Shown one piece after another: positions 1-8,274 of a DNA stretch of 64,000 nucleotides (positions are counted from its first letter, which is position 1; each line of letters begins with the position of its first letter). The position numbers were made by a program, and so were the translations under genes. The notes beneath the pieces were generated by a model. The model did not search any database, was not told the DNA's origin, and worked only from the letters and a program-made list of their open reading frames with translations. Source of the stretch: Candidatus Levyibacteriota bacterium (lineage in GTDB: Bacteria; Patescibacteriota; Microgenomatia; Levybacterales; UBA12049); NCBI GenBank assembly GCA_016186645.1, contig JACPLF010000003.1, positions 4,112-68,111 of the forward strand, given 5' to 3'.

Positions 1-27
1 GAAACATTTTTTACCACAATTGGCTGT

Positions 28-393
28 ATGGACGGCAGGGCGCAAGATGTTGTTGCGGAGTTTGGCCAGAAAAAATTTGGCGCAGAATTCCCGGATACAA
101 TAACAGAAGCAGGATTGGTTGGAAAATTGGTTCAAGAGAACATAGATCAAGGCTTGATTGATTCAATTAAAAATAAACTTGATATATCTCTTCAAAAGCA
201 TCATTCAAAAGGAATTATAGTTCACGGCCACCAAGAATGCGCAGGAAATCCAGTTAGCGATGAAAAGCATAAAGACGATATCCGAAAATCTGTTCGAGTG
301 ATTCAATCGCTTGTTAATTTTTCTCCAATTGTTGGGGTCTTTGTAAAACGCTTTTCAAAGAATCCTTCCAAATGGGAAATCGAAGAAGTATAA
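28..393 (+). CDS. hypothetical protein (121 aa) with an HGHQECAGNP motif; function unknown
   Basis: ORF track; lies upstream of folC; no family recognised. Confidence 0.35.
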   Translation: MDGRAQDVVAEFGQKKFGAEFPDTITEAGLVGKLVQENIDQGLIDSIKNKLDISLQKHHSKGIIVHGHQECAGNPVSDEKHKDDIRKSVRVIQSLVNFSPIVGVFVKRFSKNPSKWEIEEV

Positions 394-400
394 TACTCCC

Positions 401-1957
401 ATGAACATTACAAGCTATGAAGAGGCGATAAATTATCTGGAAGGATTTATTGGGAAAGTTGTTTTTAAAATCAACAAAGAGTTTTTGAAAAAGCGTGACC
501 CCTTGCAGAGGATGAGAATTCTGCTTTCACTTCTTGGAAATCCGCAGGAGAAGTTTAGATCAGTTTTGGTTGGGGGGACATCTGGAAAAGGGTCAACTGC
601 TTATTTAATTTCCCATATCCTAACAGTTGCTGGTTACAAAACAGGATTCACGGTTTCTCCGCATCTTCAGAAAGTTAATGAGAGGCTTCAGATAAATAAC
701 AAGTCAATTTCTAACGAGAACTTTTTAATATTGTTCAAAAGTATAATACTACCAAGTATTAGACAAATGTCAAAAATGGAAGTTGGCCCGCCGTCGTATT
801 TTGAAATTTTGGTTGCAATGGGGTTTAAACATTTTGCAGATCAAAAAGTGGATATTGCAGTTGCGGAGGTTGGGATGGGAGGAGAGTTTGACGCAACAAA
901 TACCTTAAATCCATTGATTGCAGTTCTTACAAATGTGGGATTGGATCACACCAATATTTTGGGAAAAACTGTTTCGAAAATCGCGCGAACCAAAGCTGGC
1001 ATAATTAAAACTGGCGCCACCCCTTTGGTAGTTGTGTCGGGGGTAAGGCAGCCGACGGTTATTAAGATTGTTGAAGATAGATGCAGAAAAGTGGGGGCAA
1101 AGCTCAATTTATTGTGGAGGAATTTTGGATATAAAATAAAAAAGATAAACCATGAAGGATCAGTTTTCGATTTAACAGTATCAAGCGGCCGCGGGCTACA
1201 GTTAAATGATTTGAGCTTGTCTTTTTTGGGAGATTATCAAGTTGAGAATGCGTCGCTGGCAATTAAAACAATTCTAGAACTTAGAGAATTAGGATTTTCC
1301 CACAACGCTCGCGCTTCGAGGGACAAGAAAATTTCAGACAGTGCAATTAGAAAAGCCTTAAAAACATCCTTTTTCCCGGGAAGATTCGAGGTGATTCATG
1401 TCGCTCAACAACCGCGCGTTTCAGATGACGCTCGGCAAACTGATTCAAATCCTTCTCCCAACTCGGCCTCGCTAAGTAAAAGTCGGCTCCAATCAAGAAC
1501 CCAGCCGACTTTTAGTTCATCTGAAAGCGGATTGTCTCGCTCCAACCATACGCTCATTTTAGATAGCGCGCATAATCCGACAAAAATGCGTGCGTTTTTG
1601 GCAACGCTTAAAAAACTTTATCCAAAAGAGAAAAAAGTTTTTCTTGTAGGATTTAAATTTGACAAAGACATACAAAAAATGCTCAAGCAAATTATAAAAG
1701 TTGCGGACGAAATTATCATCACAGAGTTTAATAGGGCAACAGATATGAATTTACACGCGTCTGCTGACGCAGAAAGTATTAAGTATCAAGTATTAAGTAT
1801 CAAGTATTCGGGAAAAATAATTGTTGAAAAGGATTCAAAAAAAGCACTGAAAATAGGAATTAAAACAATTCAACAATTTAACAATGAAACAATTTTAGTG
1901 GTTACGGGGTCTTTGTATTTGGTTGGTGAAATTAGAGGGTTATTGACAAAGTTTTAA
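401..1957 (+). CDS. folC: folylpolyglutamate synthase / dihydrofolate synthase (Mur ligase family)
   Basis: VGGTSGKGST P-loop and VGLDHTNILG motifs typical of FolC/Mur ligases. Carries GC-rich low-complexity inserts (1302-1322 and about 1420-1560). Confidence 0.85.
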   Translation: MNITSYEEAINYLEGFIGKVVFKINKEFLKKRDPLQRMRILLSLLGNPQEKFRSVLVGGTSGKGSTAYLISHILTVAGYKTGFTVSPHLQKVNERLQINNKSISNENFLILFKSIILPSIRQMSKMEVGPPSYFEILVAMGFKHFADQKVDIAVAEVGMGGEFDATNTLNPLIAVLTNVGLDHTNILGKTVSKIARTKAGIIKTGATPLVVVSGVRQPTVIKIVEDRCRKVGAKLNLLWRNFGYKIKKINHEGSVFDLTVSSGRGLQLNDLSLSFLGDYQVENASLAIKTILELRELGFSHNARASRDKKISDSAIRKALKTSFFPGRFEVIHVAQQPRVSDDARQTDSNPSPNSASLSKSRLQSRTQPTFSSSESGLSRSNHTLILDSAHNPTKMRAFLATLKKLYPKEKKVFLVGFKFDKDIQKMLKQIIKVADEIIITEFNRATDMNLHASADAESIKYQVLSIKYSGKIIVEKDSKKALKIGIKTIQQFNNETILVVTGSLYLVGEIRGLLTKF

Positions 1958-2691
1958 GAAGTTGGTTTTGGCGGGGAGATTTTAGTAAAGAGAACCTCTC
2001 CAGTTTCTGTAATTCTAAATTCGAATTCGGGAAGGTTAAAAGGAAGAATGATGTCGTCATCTGAATGAAGATTAATAAAAGGAGCAAGAGAGGAATCTGT
2101 TCTTTCTAATAAAGCTCCTTTTTTGATCTCTCCATTTACAGAAAAAGCCCTAATTTCTCGAACATACGCCTTTTCAGAACTCGTGGCAATAGTGGGACTA
2201 AATCGACTCCACTCTTCATTTTGTATTGGGCCGGGTCCTATTGGATCTAAAATCGCAATCCAGTGTGGCCATTTAAAATTTTTGAAATTCGTTCTTTCTT
2301 GTTCTGTAAAAAAACTTGGCAATGACTTATTATGATAAATTCCGCCGTTACCTGGCCGGTGAAAGTGTTGTGCGGTAACTAAGCCATGTCCATATATAAT
2401 TGGAGAGTATTCTTCTTGACACTCATAACAAATACCTTTTTCAGATATTAGTGGAGATATAAAAACAGGGGTTTCAGCCCAAATGCCAAGCCGTTCTGCT
2501 TGTTGTGGAGTTATTAATTTCAGTTGTTTCCAGAAAACAAATTCTCCTTTTTCCGCTTCCTGCTTTATTTGCAATTCTCTTTGTTCTAAATTCTGCTGCA
2601 ATAGTCTTTCCCTAAATGTTTCTCGTAAGCCTCGTTGTTTTTCTCTCCTCGCTAATTTTCTTTTTCTATCGATTCCGCGTTCTGGTGACAT
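1954..2691 (-). CDS. hypothetical protein (about 245 aa); the ORF is open to 2904, but the start is assigned to the ATG at 2691
   Basis: On the minus strand TGCTATAAT (2699-2707) lies 7 nt upstream of the ATG at 2689-2691. That is the same leaderless architecture seen at many genes here. The longer ORF would overlap dcd on the opposite strand. Confidence 0.45.
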   Translation of the reverse strand: MSPERGIDRKRKLARREKQRGLRETFRERLLQQNLEQRELQIKQEAEKGEFVFWKQLKLITPQQAERLGIWAETPVFISPLISEKGICYECQEEYSPIIYGHGLVTAQHFHRPGNGGIYHNKSLPSFFTEQERTNFKNFKWPHWIAILDPIGPGPIQNEEWSRFSPTIATSSEKAYVREIRAFSVNGEIKKGALLERTDSSLAPFINLHSDDDIILPFNLPEFEFRITETGEVLFTKISPPKPTS

Positions 2692-2755
2692 AGGGGGTAT
2701 TATAGCACAATATTGCCCTCTTTTAAAAAATTTTTCTTCGTGATAAACTTGCGAT

Positions 2756-3325
2756 ATGGTTCTTTCGGATCGGGATATTAAGAAGGCTTTAAAATCTAAA
2801 AAAATTGTCATTGCACCTTTTCCTGATCTTGAGACACAGCTTGGTTCCTGTTCCATAGATCTTCGGCTTGGAAATACTTTCAGAGTTTTTGAGTACAGCC
2901 GCAATGCCTACATAGATCCCTCCAAAAAAGATTATACAAAAGAAATCACACGAGAGGTGAGGGTCAAAAAGGGAGAACATTTTGTCATACAGCCCGGAGA
3001 TTTTGTCTTGGCTGTAACTTGGGAAAACGTAAAAATTTCAAGTGATCTCATGGGAAGATTGGAAGGCCGTTCGTCTTTGGGCAGACTTGGACTGGTTGTT
3101 CATTCAACAGCAAGCGTGTTTGAGCCGGGATGGGATGGTAAATGCGTTTTGGAATTGGGTAATTTGGGCAGAATGGCGATATCGCTTACGCCGGGCATGA
3201 GAATTTGCGCAATGACATTTGAGCAGATGTCAACCAAAGTTGAAGTCCCTTATGCTAAGAAAAAAGGAGCCAAATATATTGGGCAAAAAGGTCCGGATGA
3301 GAGCAAAATGCACAAGGAAAATTAG
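2756..3325 (+). CDS. dcd: dCTP deaminase
   Basis: N-terminus MVLSDRDIKKAL...IDLRLGN is the canonical dCTP deaminase/dUTPase-fold signature. Confidence 0.85.
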   Translation: MVLSDRDIKKALKSKKIVIAPFPDLETQLGSCSIDLRLGNTFRVFEYSRNAYIDPSKKDYTKEITREVRVKKGEHFVIQPGDFVLAVTWENVKISSDLMGRLEGRSSLGRLGLVVHSTASVFEPGWDGKCVLELGNLGRMAISLTPGMRICAMTFEQMSTKVEVPYAKKKGAKYIGQKGPDESKMHKEN

Positions 3326-3338
3326 TAATTAGAAATTT

Positions 3339-4010
3339 ATGCTTTATCATGTTGAGCTGGACATTGATTTGAAAAGAAATCCATACAAAGGTTTGTACAT
3401 CGTGTTGGAAGGTATTGATGGGTCTGGCAAGACAACGCAGGTCGAGCGGCTAGCAAAATATTTTGAGAAAAAAGGAAAGAAAGTTGTGAGCACGCGGGAA
3501 CCTCGAAAAGAAGGAATAATTGGCGATATTGTGCAGCAGGTCCTTACGAAGAAAATAAAAATGTCTTCTATTGCACTCCAATATTTATTTTCAACAGATA
3601 GAGTTTTGCATCACGAGGAAGTCATAATCCCAGCTCTTAAGGCTGGAAAAATTGTTATTTCCGATCGGTGTTTCTGGTCCGCAATTGTTTATGGAATTTT
3701 GGACAGGGTGAAGAGTTACGACTCAGAAATTGCAAACTTTTTGTATATCAGCCAATCCATTCTTTCAATGTATCACCAATTTATAGTTCCTGATTTTACT
3801 TTTGCCTTAAGGGTAAAGTTGGAAACAGCATTTGCCAGAATTTCAAAAAAAGATGACAAGATAGAAATTTACGAAGACCGCGAAAAACTAAAACGGGTAA
3901 TTAAAGGCTATGATTGGCTCGCCAAGCAGTTCCCCAAAGAAATTACAGTTGTGGATGGGGAGGGAGAAGTTGAGGAAGTAACTAAGAAAATAATTGAAAA
4001 ATTGACCTAA
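3339..4010 (+). CDS. tmk: thymidylate kinase
   Basis: EGIDGSGKTTQ P-loop characteristic of dTMP kinase. Confidence 0.9.
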   Translation: MLYHVELDIDLKRNPYKGLYIVLEGIDGSGKTTQVERLAKYFEKKGKKVVSTREPRKEGIIGDIVQQVLTKKIKMSSIALQYLFSTDRVLHHEEVIIPALKAGKIVISDRCFWSAIVYGILDRVKSYDSEIANFLYISQSILSMYHQFIVPDFTFALRVKLETAFARISKKDDKIEIYEDREKLKRVIKGYDWLAKQFPKEITVVDGEGEVEEVTKKIIEKLT

Positions 4011-4118
4011 TTAACCTAATTGCTCTAATTCCTAAGTTGGAGTTTGGCCCGTCTTGCCGGCGAGGCAGGGAATTGATTAGGTTAATTAGAGTAATTAGTA
4101 ATTAGTAATTAGAAATTT
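4003..4118. repeat. family 1 MITE-like element, copy 1, between tmk and the dcd paralog
   Basis: cctaattaacctaatt ... aattgattaggttaattag TIRs. GC-rich core ggcccgtcttgccggcgaggcaggg, then (gt)aattag x4. Confidence 0.65.
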
Positions 4119-4125
4119 TAAGAAT

Positions 4126-4701
4126 ATGATTTTGGGGCCGAAAGATTTATTAAAATTAGTCAAAACAAAAAAGCTCGTTGAGGGTTTGTCAGAAAGAGAA
4201 CTGACCAATCCTGAAGGAGCTGGGTTTGATTTGCGCTTGGGGGAAGTTTATTCAATTTCCGGCAACGCTTTTTTGGGCGAAACGCATCGGAAAACCGCGG
4301 ACATAAAATTAGTTGCACAATATAGACATATAAAAAAAATAAGCGATCGCATTAAAAAATCAGATATTAAGACCCAAAAAATTGAGATTAAGCCTGGAGA
4401 TTTTTTCCTGGTCAAGACAATCGAATCGGTAAATATGCCCCAAAATTTAACCGCGAGCATAACTCCAAGGTCTACAACTTACCGCTCGGGTTTGTTTCTT
4501 CGCACGGGAAATGTGCAGCCCGGTTACTGCGGGGGATTGATTTTTGGTTTGAAAAACGAAGGACCAATAACAGTCGAAATCGAAATGGGCGCGAGATTTG
4601 TCCACATCCAGTTTTCGCAAGTCAAAGGCGGGGGAAACATGTACCGCGGCCAATGGCAAGGCGGCCGAGTAACCGCGAGAAAAAAGGAAAAACAGGTTTA
4701 G
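4126..4701 (+). CDS. dCTP deaminase/dUTPase-family paralog
   Basis: MILGPKDL...GFDLRLGEVY N-terminus and C-terminal beta-jellyroll motifs (PGYCGGL). Contains an in-frame copy of the AGCGATCGCAT element at 4342-4352. Confidence 0.7.
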   Translation: MILGPKDLLKLVKTKKLVEGLSERELTNPEGAGFDLRLGEVYSISGNAFLGETHRKTADIKLVAQYRHIKKISDRIKKSDIKTQKIEIKPGDFFLVKTIESVNMPQNLTASITPRSTTYRSGLFLRTGNVQPGYCGGLIFGLKNEGPITVEIEMGARFVHIQFSQVKGGGNMYRGQWQGGRVTARKKEKQV

Positions 4702-4719
4702 TTTTTGCCATTTTGACCA

Positions 4720-4748
4720 TTGACAAAGTTGTAACGGTTGTGTATACT
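4720..4748 (+). promoter_or_regulatory. consensus sigma70 promoter TTGACA-N17-TATACT driving dinJ-yafQ
   Basis: -35 at 4720-4725 (a second TTGACC at 4713-4718). TG then TATACT at 4741-4748. Confidence 0.6.
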
Positions 4749-4827
4749 TCTGTTATCCCAGCAAAATTCTTACTTGCGCCCGAATACTACGTGTTCGCGT
4801 CGCAAGAGCGAACGTGCGGGACAAGCT

Positions 4828-5103
4828 ATGCAGACTGTAATTCATATTAGAGCGGACAAGGAAGTTAAGAAAAATGCGGTTGAGGCTGCCAAGGCACTTG
4901 GTTTGAGCTTGAGTGACGTTATTAATGCCGCGCTTCGCAATTTTATAAGGACCAGAGAGGTAATTTTTTCCAACACTCCGCAAATGACTCCGGAGCTCGA
5001 AAAGTATTTGGGTAAAATAGATAAGGATATTAAGCATAGGAGAAATCTGGTTGGTCCTTTCTATAGCGCCAAGGAAATGGACGAATACCTCGATTCCAAA
5101 TGA
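4828..5103 (+). CDS. dinJ: DinJ/RelB-family antitoxin
   Basis: MQTVIHIRADKEVKKNAVEAAKALGLSLSDVINAALRNFI matches the DinJ N-terminal RHH region. The stop overlaps the downstream toxin start (ATGA). Confidence 0.8.
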   Translation: MQTVIHIRADKEVKKNAVEAAKALGLSLSDVINAALRNFIRTREVIFSNTPQMTPELEKYLGKIDKDIKHRRNLVGPFYSAKEMDEYLDSK

Positions 5104-5357
5104 TAATTCAATTACACAAAACCTTCAAAAAACAATACGAAAAACTAACTAAAGCACAAAAAATAAAATTTAAAGAAAGAAGGAGTATTTTTCTTCAAGA
5201 TGAATTTAATCCTGTTCTTAATAACCACGCTTTGAAAGGCAGGTATCAGGGATACAGGAGTATAAATGTTACAGGAGATATAAGGGTGATTTATGAAAAC
5301 AGCTCAGAAGACGTAGTTTTTGTAAAAATAGGCTCCCACAGCAAGCTGTACGGATAA
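5100..5357 (+). CDS. yafQ: YafQ/RelE-family mRNA interferase toxin
   Basis: 85 aa with LKGRYQGYRSINVTGDIRVIYE...VVFVKIGSHSKLY, a RelE/YafQ fold signature. Translationally coupled to the antitoxin. Confidence 0.8.
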   Translation: MIIQLHKTFKKQYEKLTKAQKIKFKERRSIFLQDEFNPVLNNHALKGRYQGYRSINVTGDIRVIYENSSEDVVFVKIGSHSKLYG

Positions 5358-5457
5358 ATAGTCTTATTGCATCGGGGGAGAAAGTTTGTTACATTAGAAA
5401 AGCAAAATAAAAAACTTAAGCGGAGAATATCAATATCTTGATTTACTGAAAGACGTT

Positions 5458-6366
5458 TTGGAAAACGGAGTTAAGAACGTGGATCGGGGGACTGGTGCAG
5501 TTTCTTTCGGCGTTTTTGGAAGACAAACCCGTTATGATTTGTCAAAAGGTTTTCCTCTTTTGACTACGAAAAAAGTCTATTGGAAAGGAGTTTTGCACGA
5601 GCTTTACTGGTTCATAAAAGGGGATTCAAATATTAAATATCTGGTGGACAACAATGTTCATATTTGGGACGATTACCCATATAAAATTTATAATTCAAAA
5701 TCTAGAATTCAGAATTTACAACCATTAACCAAAGAAGAATTTGTTGAAAAGATTAGGACGGATGATAAATTTGCAAAAAAATGGGGAGAATTGCCAAGAA
5801 TTTATGGAGAAATGTGGCGACGCTGGCCCGCCCGCAATCGAACCATAGACCAATTAGGATGGGTTATTAAAGAGATCAAAGAGGACCAATATGCGCGAAA
5901 TCTGATTGTGACTTCATGGAATCCTGAATATTTATATACAATGGCAATCAACAAAGATGCCTCCCGTTTTCCGATTTGCCACAACATGTACCAAATATCA
6001 GTTAAAGGTGGGAAATTAAATTTGCAGTTATATCAGAGAAGCGCAGATTTGTTTCTCGGCGTGCCTTTTAATATTGCTTCTTATGCCCTTTTGACAATTA
6101 TTCTGGCCCGCGTCACAGGATATAAGCCCGGAGAATTTGTTCATACTTTCGGAGATGCACACATTTACAAAAACCATATAGAGCAGGTTAAAGAGCAGCT
6201 TTCTCGGAAGCCCTATCCTTTTCCAACAGTAAAAATTGATCCAAAAGTCAAAAAACTTTCGGATTTTCAGCCGTCGCTAGTTTATTTAGAGAATTATAGC
6301 TCTCGTCCTCCGATTAAAGGCGAATTAACTGTCGCAGGGGGGCTATATGAAGGAAAGAAAAAATGA
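5458..6366 (+). CDS. thyA: thymidylate synthase (the annotated TTG start is uncertain; see findings)
   Basis: The ThyA N-terminal helix EYQYLDLLKDVLENG lies in-frame upstream of the TTG and after a TAG at 5395-5397. The downstream protein has the ThyA signatures RRWPAR, SWNPE and the catalytic PICH. Confidence 0.85.
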   Translation: MENGVKNVDRGTGAVSFGVFGRQTRYDLSKGFPLLTTKKVYWKGVLHELYWFIKGDSNIKYLVDNNVHIWDDYPYKIYNSKSRIQNLQPLTKEEFVEKIRTDDKFAKKWGELPRIYGEMWRRWPARNRTIDQLGWVIKEIKEDQYARNLIVTSWNPEYLYTMAINKDASRFPICHNMYQISVKGGKLNLQLYQRSADLFLGVPFNIASYALLTIILARVTGYKPGEFVHTFGDAHIYKNHIEQVKEQLSRKPYPFPTVKIDPKVKKLSDFQPSLVYLENYSSRPPIKGELTVAGGLYEGKKK

Positions 6367-6896
6367 AGGTTAGTATCATAGCAGCCATAGGGCAAAATAG
6401 GGAATTGGGGAAAAATAATAAATTAATCTGGCATATTAAAGAGGATTTACAACGATTTAAAAGTCTCACCAAAGGTCACCCAATCATAATGGGGCGAAAA
6501 ACATGGGACTCTTTGCCTTTCAAACCCTTGCCGAGTAGAACAAATATTATTATTACTCGGGATGAAACCTTTGCCCCTCATGAAAATCATCACAAATTTA
6601 GCAATTGCAAAAGTTGTGAGGGTTTAGGATTAGCTGTTGTTTACTCCTTAGTCCAAGCAGTTGAACTTGCAAAAAATTCACCGGGAAGCGAGAATGTTTT
6701 TATTATTGGCGGAGGGCAAATTTATAAAGAAGCGATTGAAAAAGGATTGGCGGATAAACTTTATTTAACTCTTGTTGACAGGACTTTTGATGCAGATACT
6801 TTTTTCCCTGATTATTCGCAGTTTAAGAAAATAGTTTTTGAGGAAGAACACGACAGCGGAGGATGCAAATATAGATTTTTGGAATTGGAACGATAA
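6363..6896 (+). CDS. folA: dihydrofolate reductase
   Basis: MKVSIIAAIGQNRELGKNNKLIWHIKEDLQRFKSLTKGHPIIMGRKTW is the classic DHFR N-terminus. There is a 4-nt overlap with thyA. Confidence 0.85.
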   Translation: MKVSIIAAIGQNRELGKNNKLIWHIKEDLQRFKSLTKGHPIIMGRKTWDSLPFKPLPSRTNIIITRDETFAPHENHHKFSNCKSCEGLGLAVVYSLVQAVELAKNSPGSENVFIIGGGQIYKEAIEKGLADKLYLTLVDRTFDADTFFPDYSQFKKIVFEEEHDSGGCKYRFLELER

Positions 6897-6915
6897 ATAG
6901 TTTATAATTATACCC

Positions 6916-8259
6916 ATGACTGAACTGGGAATCGGGCGAAAAGAAATACTCTCTCAAAGAGAAAGACTATCGGATGAACAGTTGGGCAATTTAATTTCTG
7001 CAGTAGGAAACCTTGAAGGAAAAGCAATTACTCTTCTTTTGATGGAACAAGGAAGAATCTATTCAAAGGGGAACCTTTATCATAAATTTATGGGAGCGCA
7101 AGAAGAAAGAATCGGATGGAAACCTGATCGTGCTATTCCTTTTCAATATTGTCAATTTTCTCTTCTTCCAATTGGTCTTGTTGCACTCGGGGAAAAAGAT
7201 CATGATCTTAAAACCTGGGGATATGGAGTAACTCCCTATGGAGAAGAAGAAGGTATTCCATTGGCAGGACTTCTTCTTGATTTCTCAGAAAAACACCCTG
7301 AATTCTCTTTATCGCAGGTTTTTGGGTCAACGAATTCACCCTCTCAGCCTAAAAATATCCAAACACCTGAAGGTGAGACTGAATTTAAATCTAGATCCCC
7401 TATTCTAAGACTTAAAATCTTCCGGAAGCTTATCGCAGCTAAACTGCCTATAAGAGAATCAGATCTTGCCAGTACAATAGGAGAAAATGCTGGAATGATA
7501 GGTCGACATTTAGCTCTCCTTGCAGATTCGCATATTATTTCCTACGAATCGATAAGAAAAGACCAGCCACAATCCTTCTATGCGCTTTCTTCAGAAAAAC
7601 CAAATGAGAGGCTAACACAGCATAGCGCCTTTTCTTCCCTAACTGAAAAAGTATACAGCTTCTTTCTTAACTTAGGTCCATCAAAACAAATAACTCTTGA
7701 GGATATAACAGACTCTCTTATTGCTGCTAACTCTGAAATGGGAAAATTAAATAAACAGGCTTTAAAGCGCAGGATTAGCACGATCTGTAGTTATCTTGCA
7801 AAACAGCACTATCTTGTACAAGGAAAATTTAAAGAAGGTTTAGAATCAGAAATTACTCTTTCAGATACTCAAAAAGCAACTCTTCTTGAGCTCGTTGCTC
7901 TTATAAATAGATTTCAAGGACAAGAGCCAGAAATTCTTGAAGAGGGAAGAAGAAAAGCTATGAAAATCATTCATAATCCCCACAGGGTATCTCATCTTCT
8001 GAGAAAAGCTAAAGAAAGCTCAGGACGCGCCAATAAGCTATCCCAAGGAGAGGGTGCGGATTTTGTTCTGTCCCTAATAAAAGAGCATCCAGGAGCAAGC
8101 GTTGAAGATATTTTCAAATTCCAGGATAGGAAACCAAGACTTTCAATGGCAAATATAGGCGTTATCGTTCATCGTCTTAGAGGAAACGATAGAGTCTCTG
8201 TTTCAAGAAGAACAGTGAAAAACCGTTTTACAGCAGTGGATTCAGAAAGGGAGAATTGA
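6916..8259 (+). CDS. hypothetical 447-aa protein with several tandem winged-helix (ArsR/MarR-like) modules
   Basis: Repeated segments of the form xxDLASTIGENAGMIGRHLALLADSHIISYE. TATAAT at 6903-6908 lies 7 nt before the ATG. Confidence 0.5.
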   Translation: MTELGIGRKEILSQRERLSDEQLGNLISAVGNLEGKAITLLLMEQGRIYSKGNLYHKFMGAQEERIGWKPDRAIPFQYCQFSLLPIGLVALGEKDHDLKTWGYGVTPYGEEEGIPLAGLLLDFSEKHPEFSLSQVFGSTNSPSQPKNIQTPEGETEFKSRSPILRLKIFRKLIAAKLPIRESDLASTIGENAGMIGRHLALLADSHIISYESIRKDQPQSFYALSSEKPNERLTQHSAFSSLTEKVYSFFLNLGPSKQITLEDITDSLIAANSEMGKLNKQALKRRISTICSYLAKQHYLVQGKFKEGLESEITLSDTQKATLLELVALINRFQGQEPEILEEGRRKAMKIIHNPHRVSHLLRKAKESSGRANKLSQGEGADFVLSLIKEHPGASVEDIFKFQDRKPRLSMANIGVIVHRLRGNDRVSVSRRTVKNRFTAVDSEREN

Positions 8260-8274
8260 TTCTAATTTACATAT

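Noticed and set aside
2692-2904. N-terminal extension of the 1954-2904 minus ORF (starts at 2904/2856/2811)
   Set aside because: It would overlap dcd on the opposite strand by 55-150 bp. A TGCTATAAT-N7-ATG leaderless signal supports the start at 2691.
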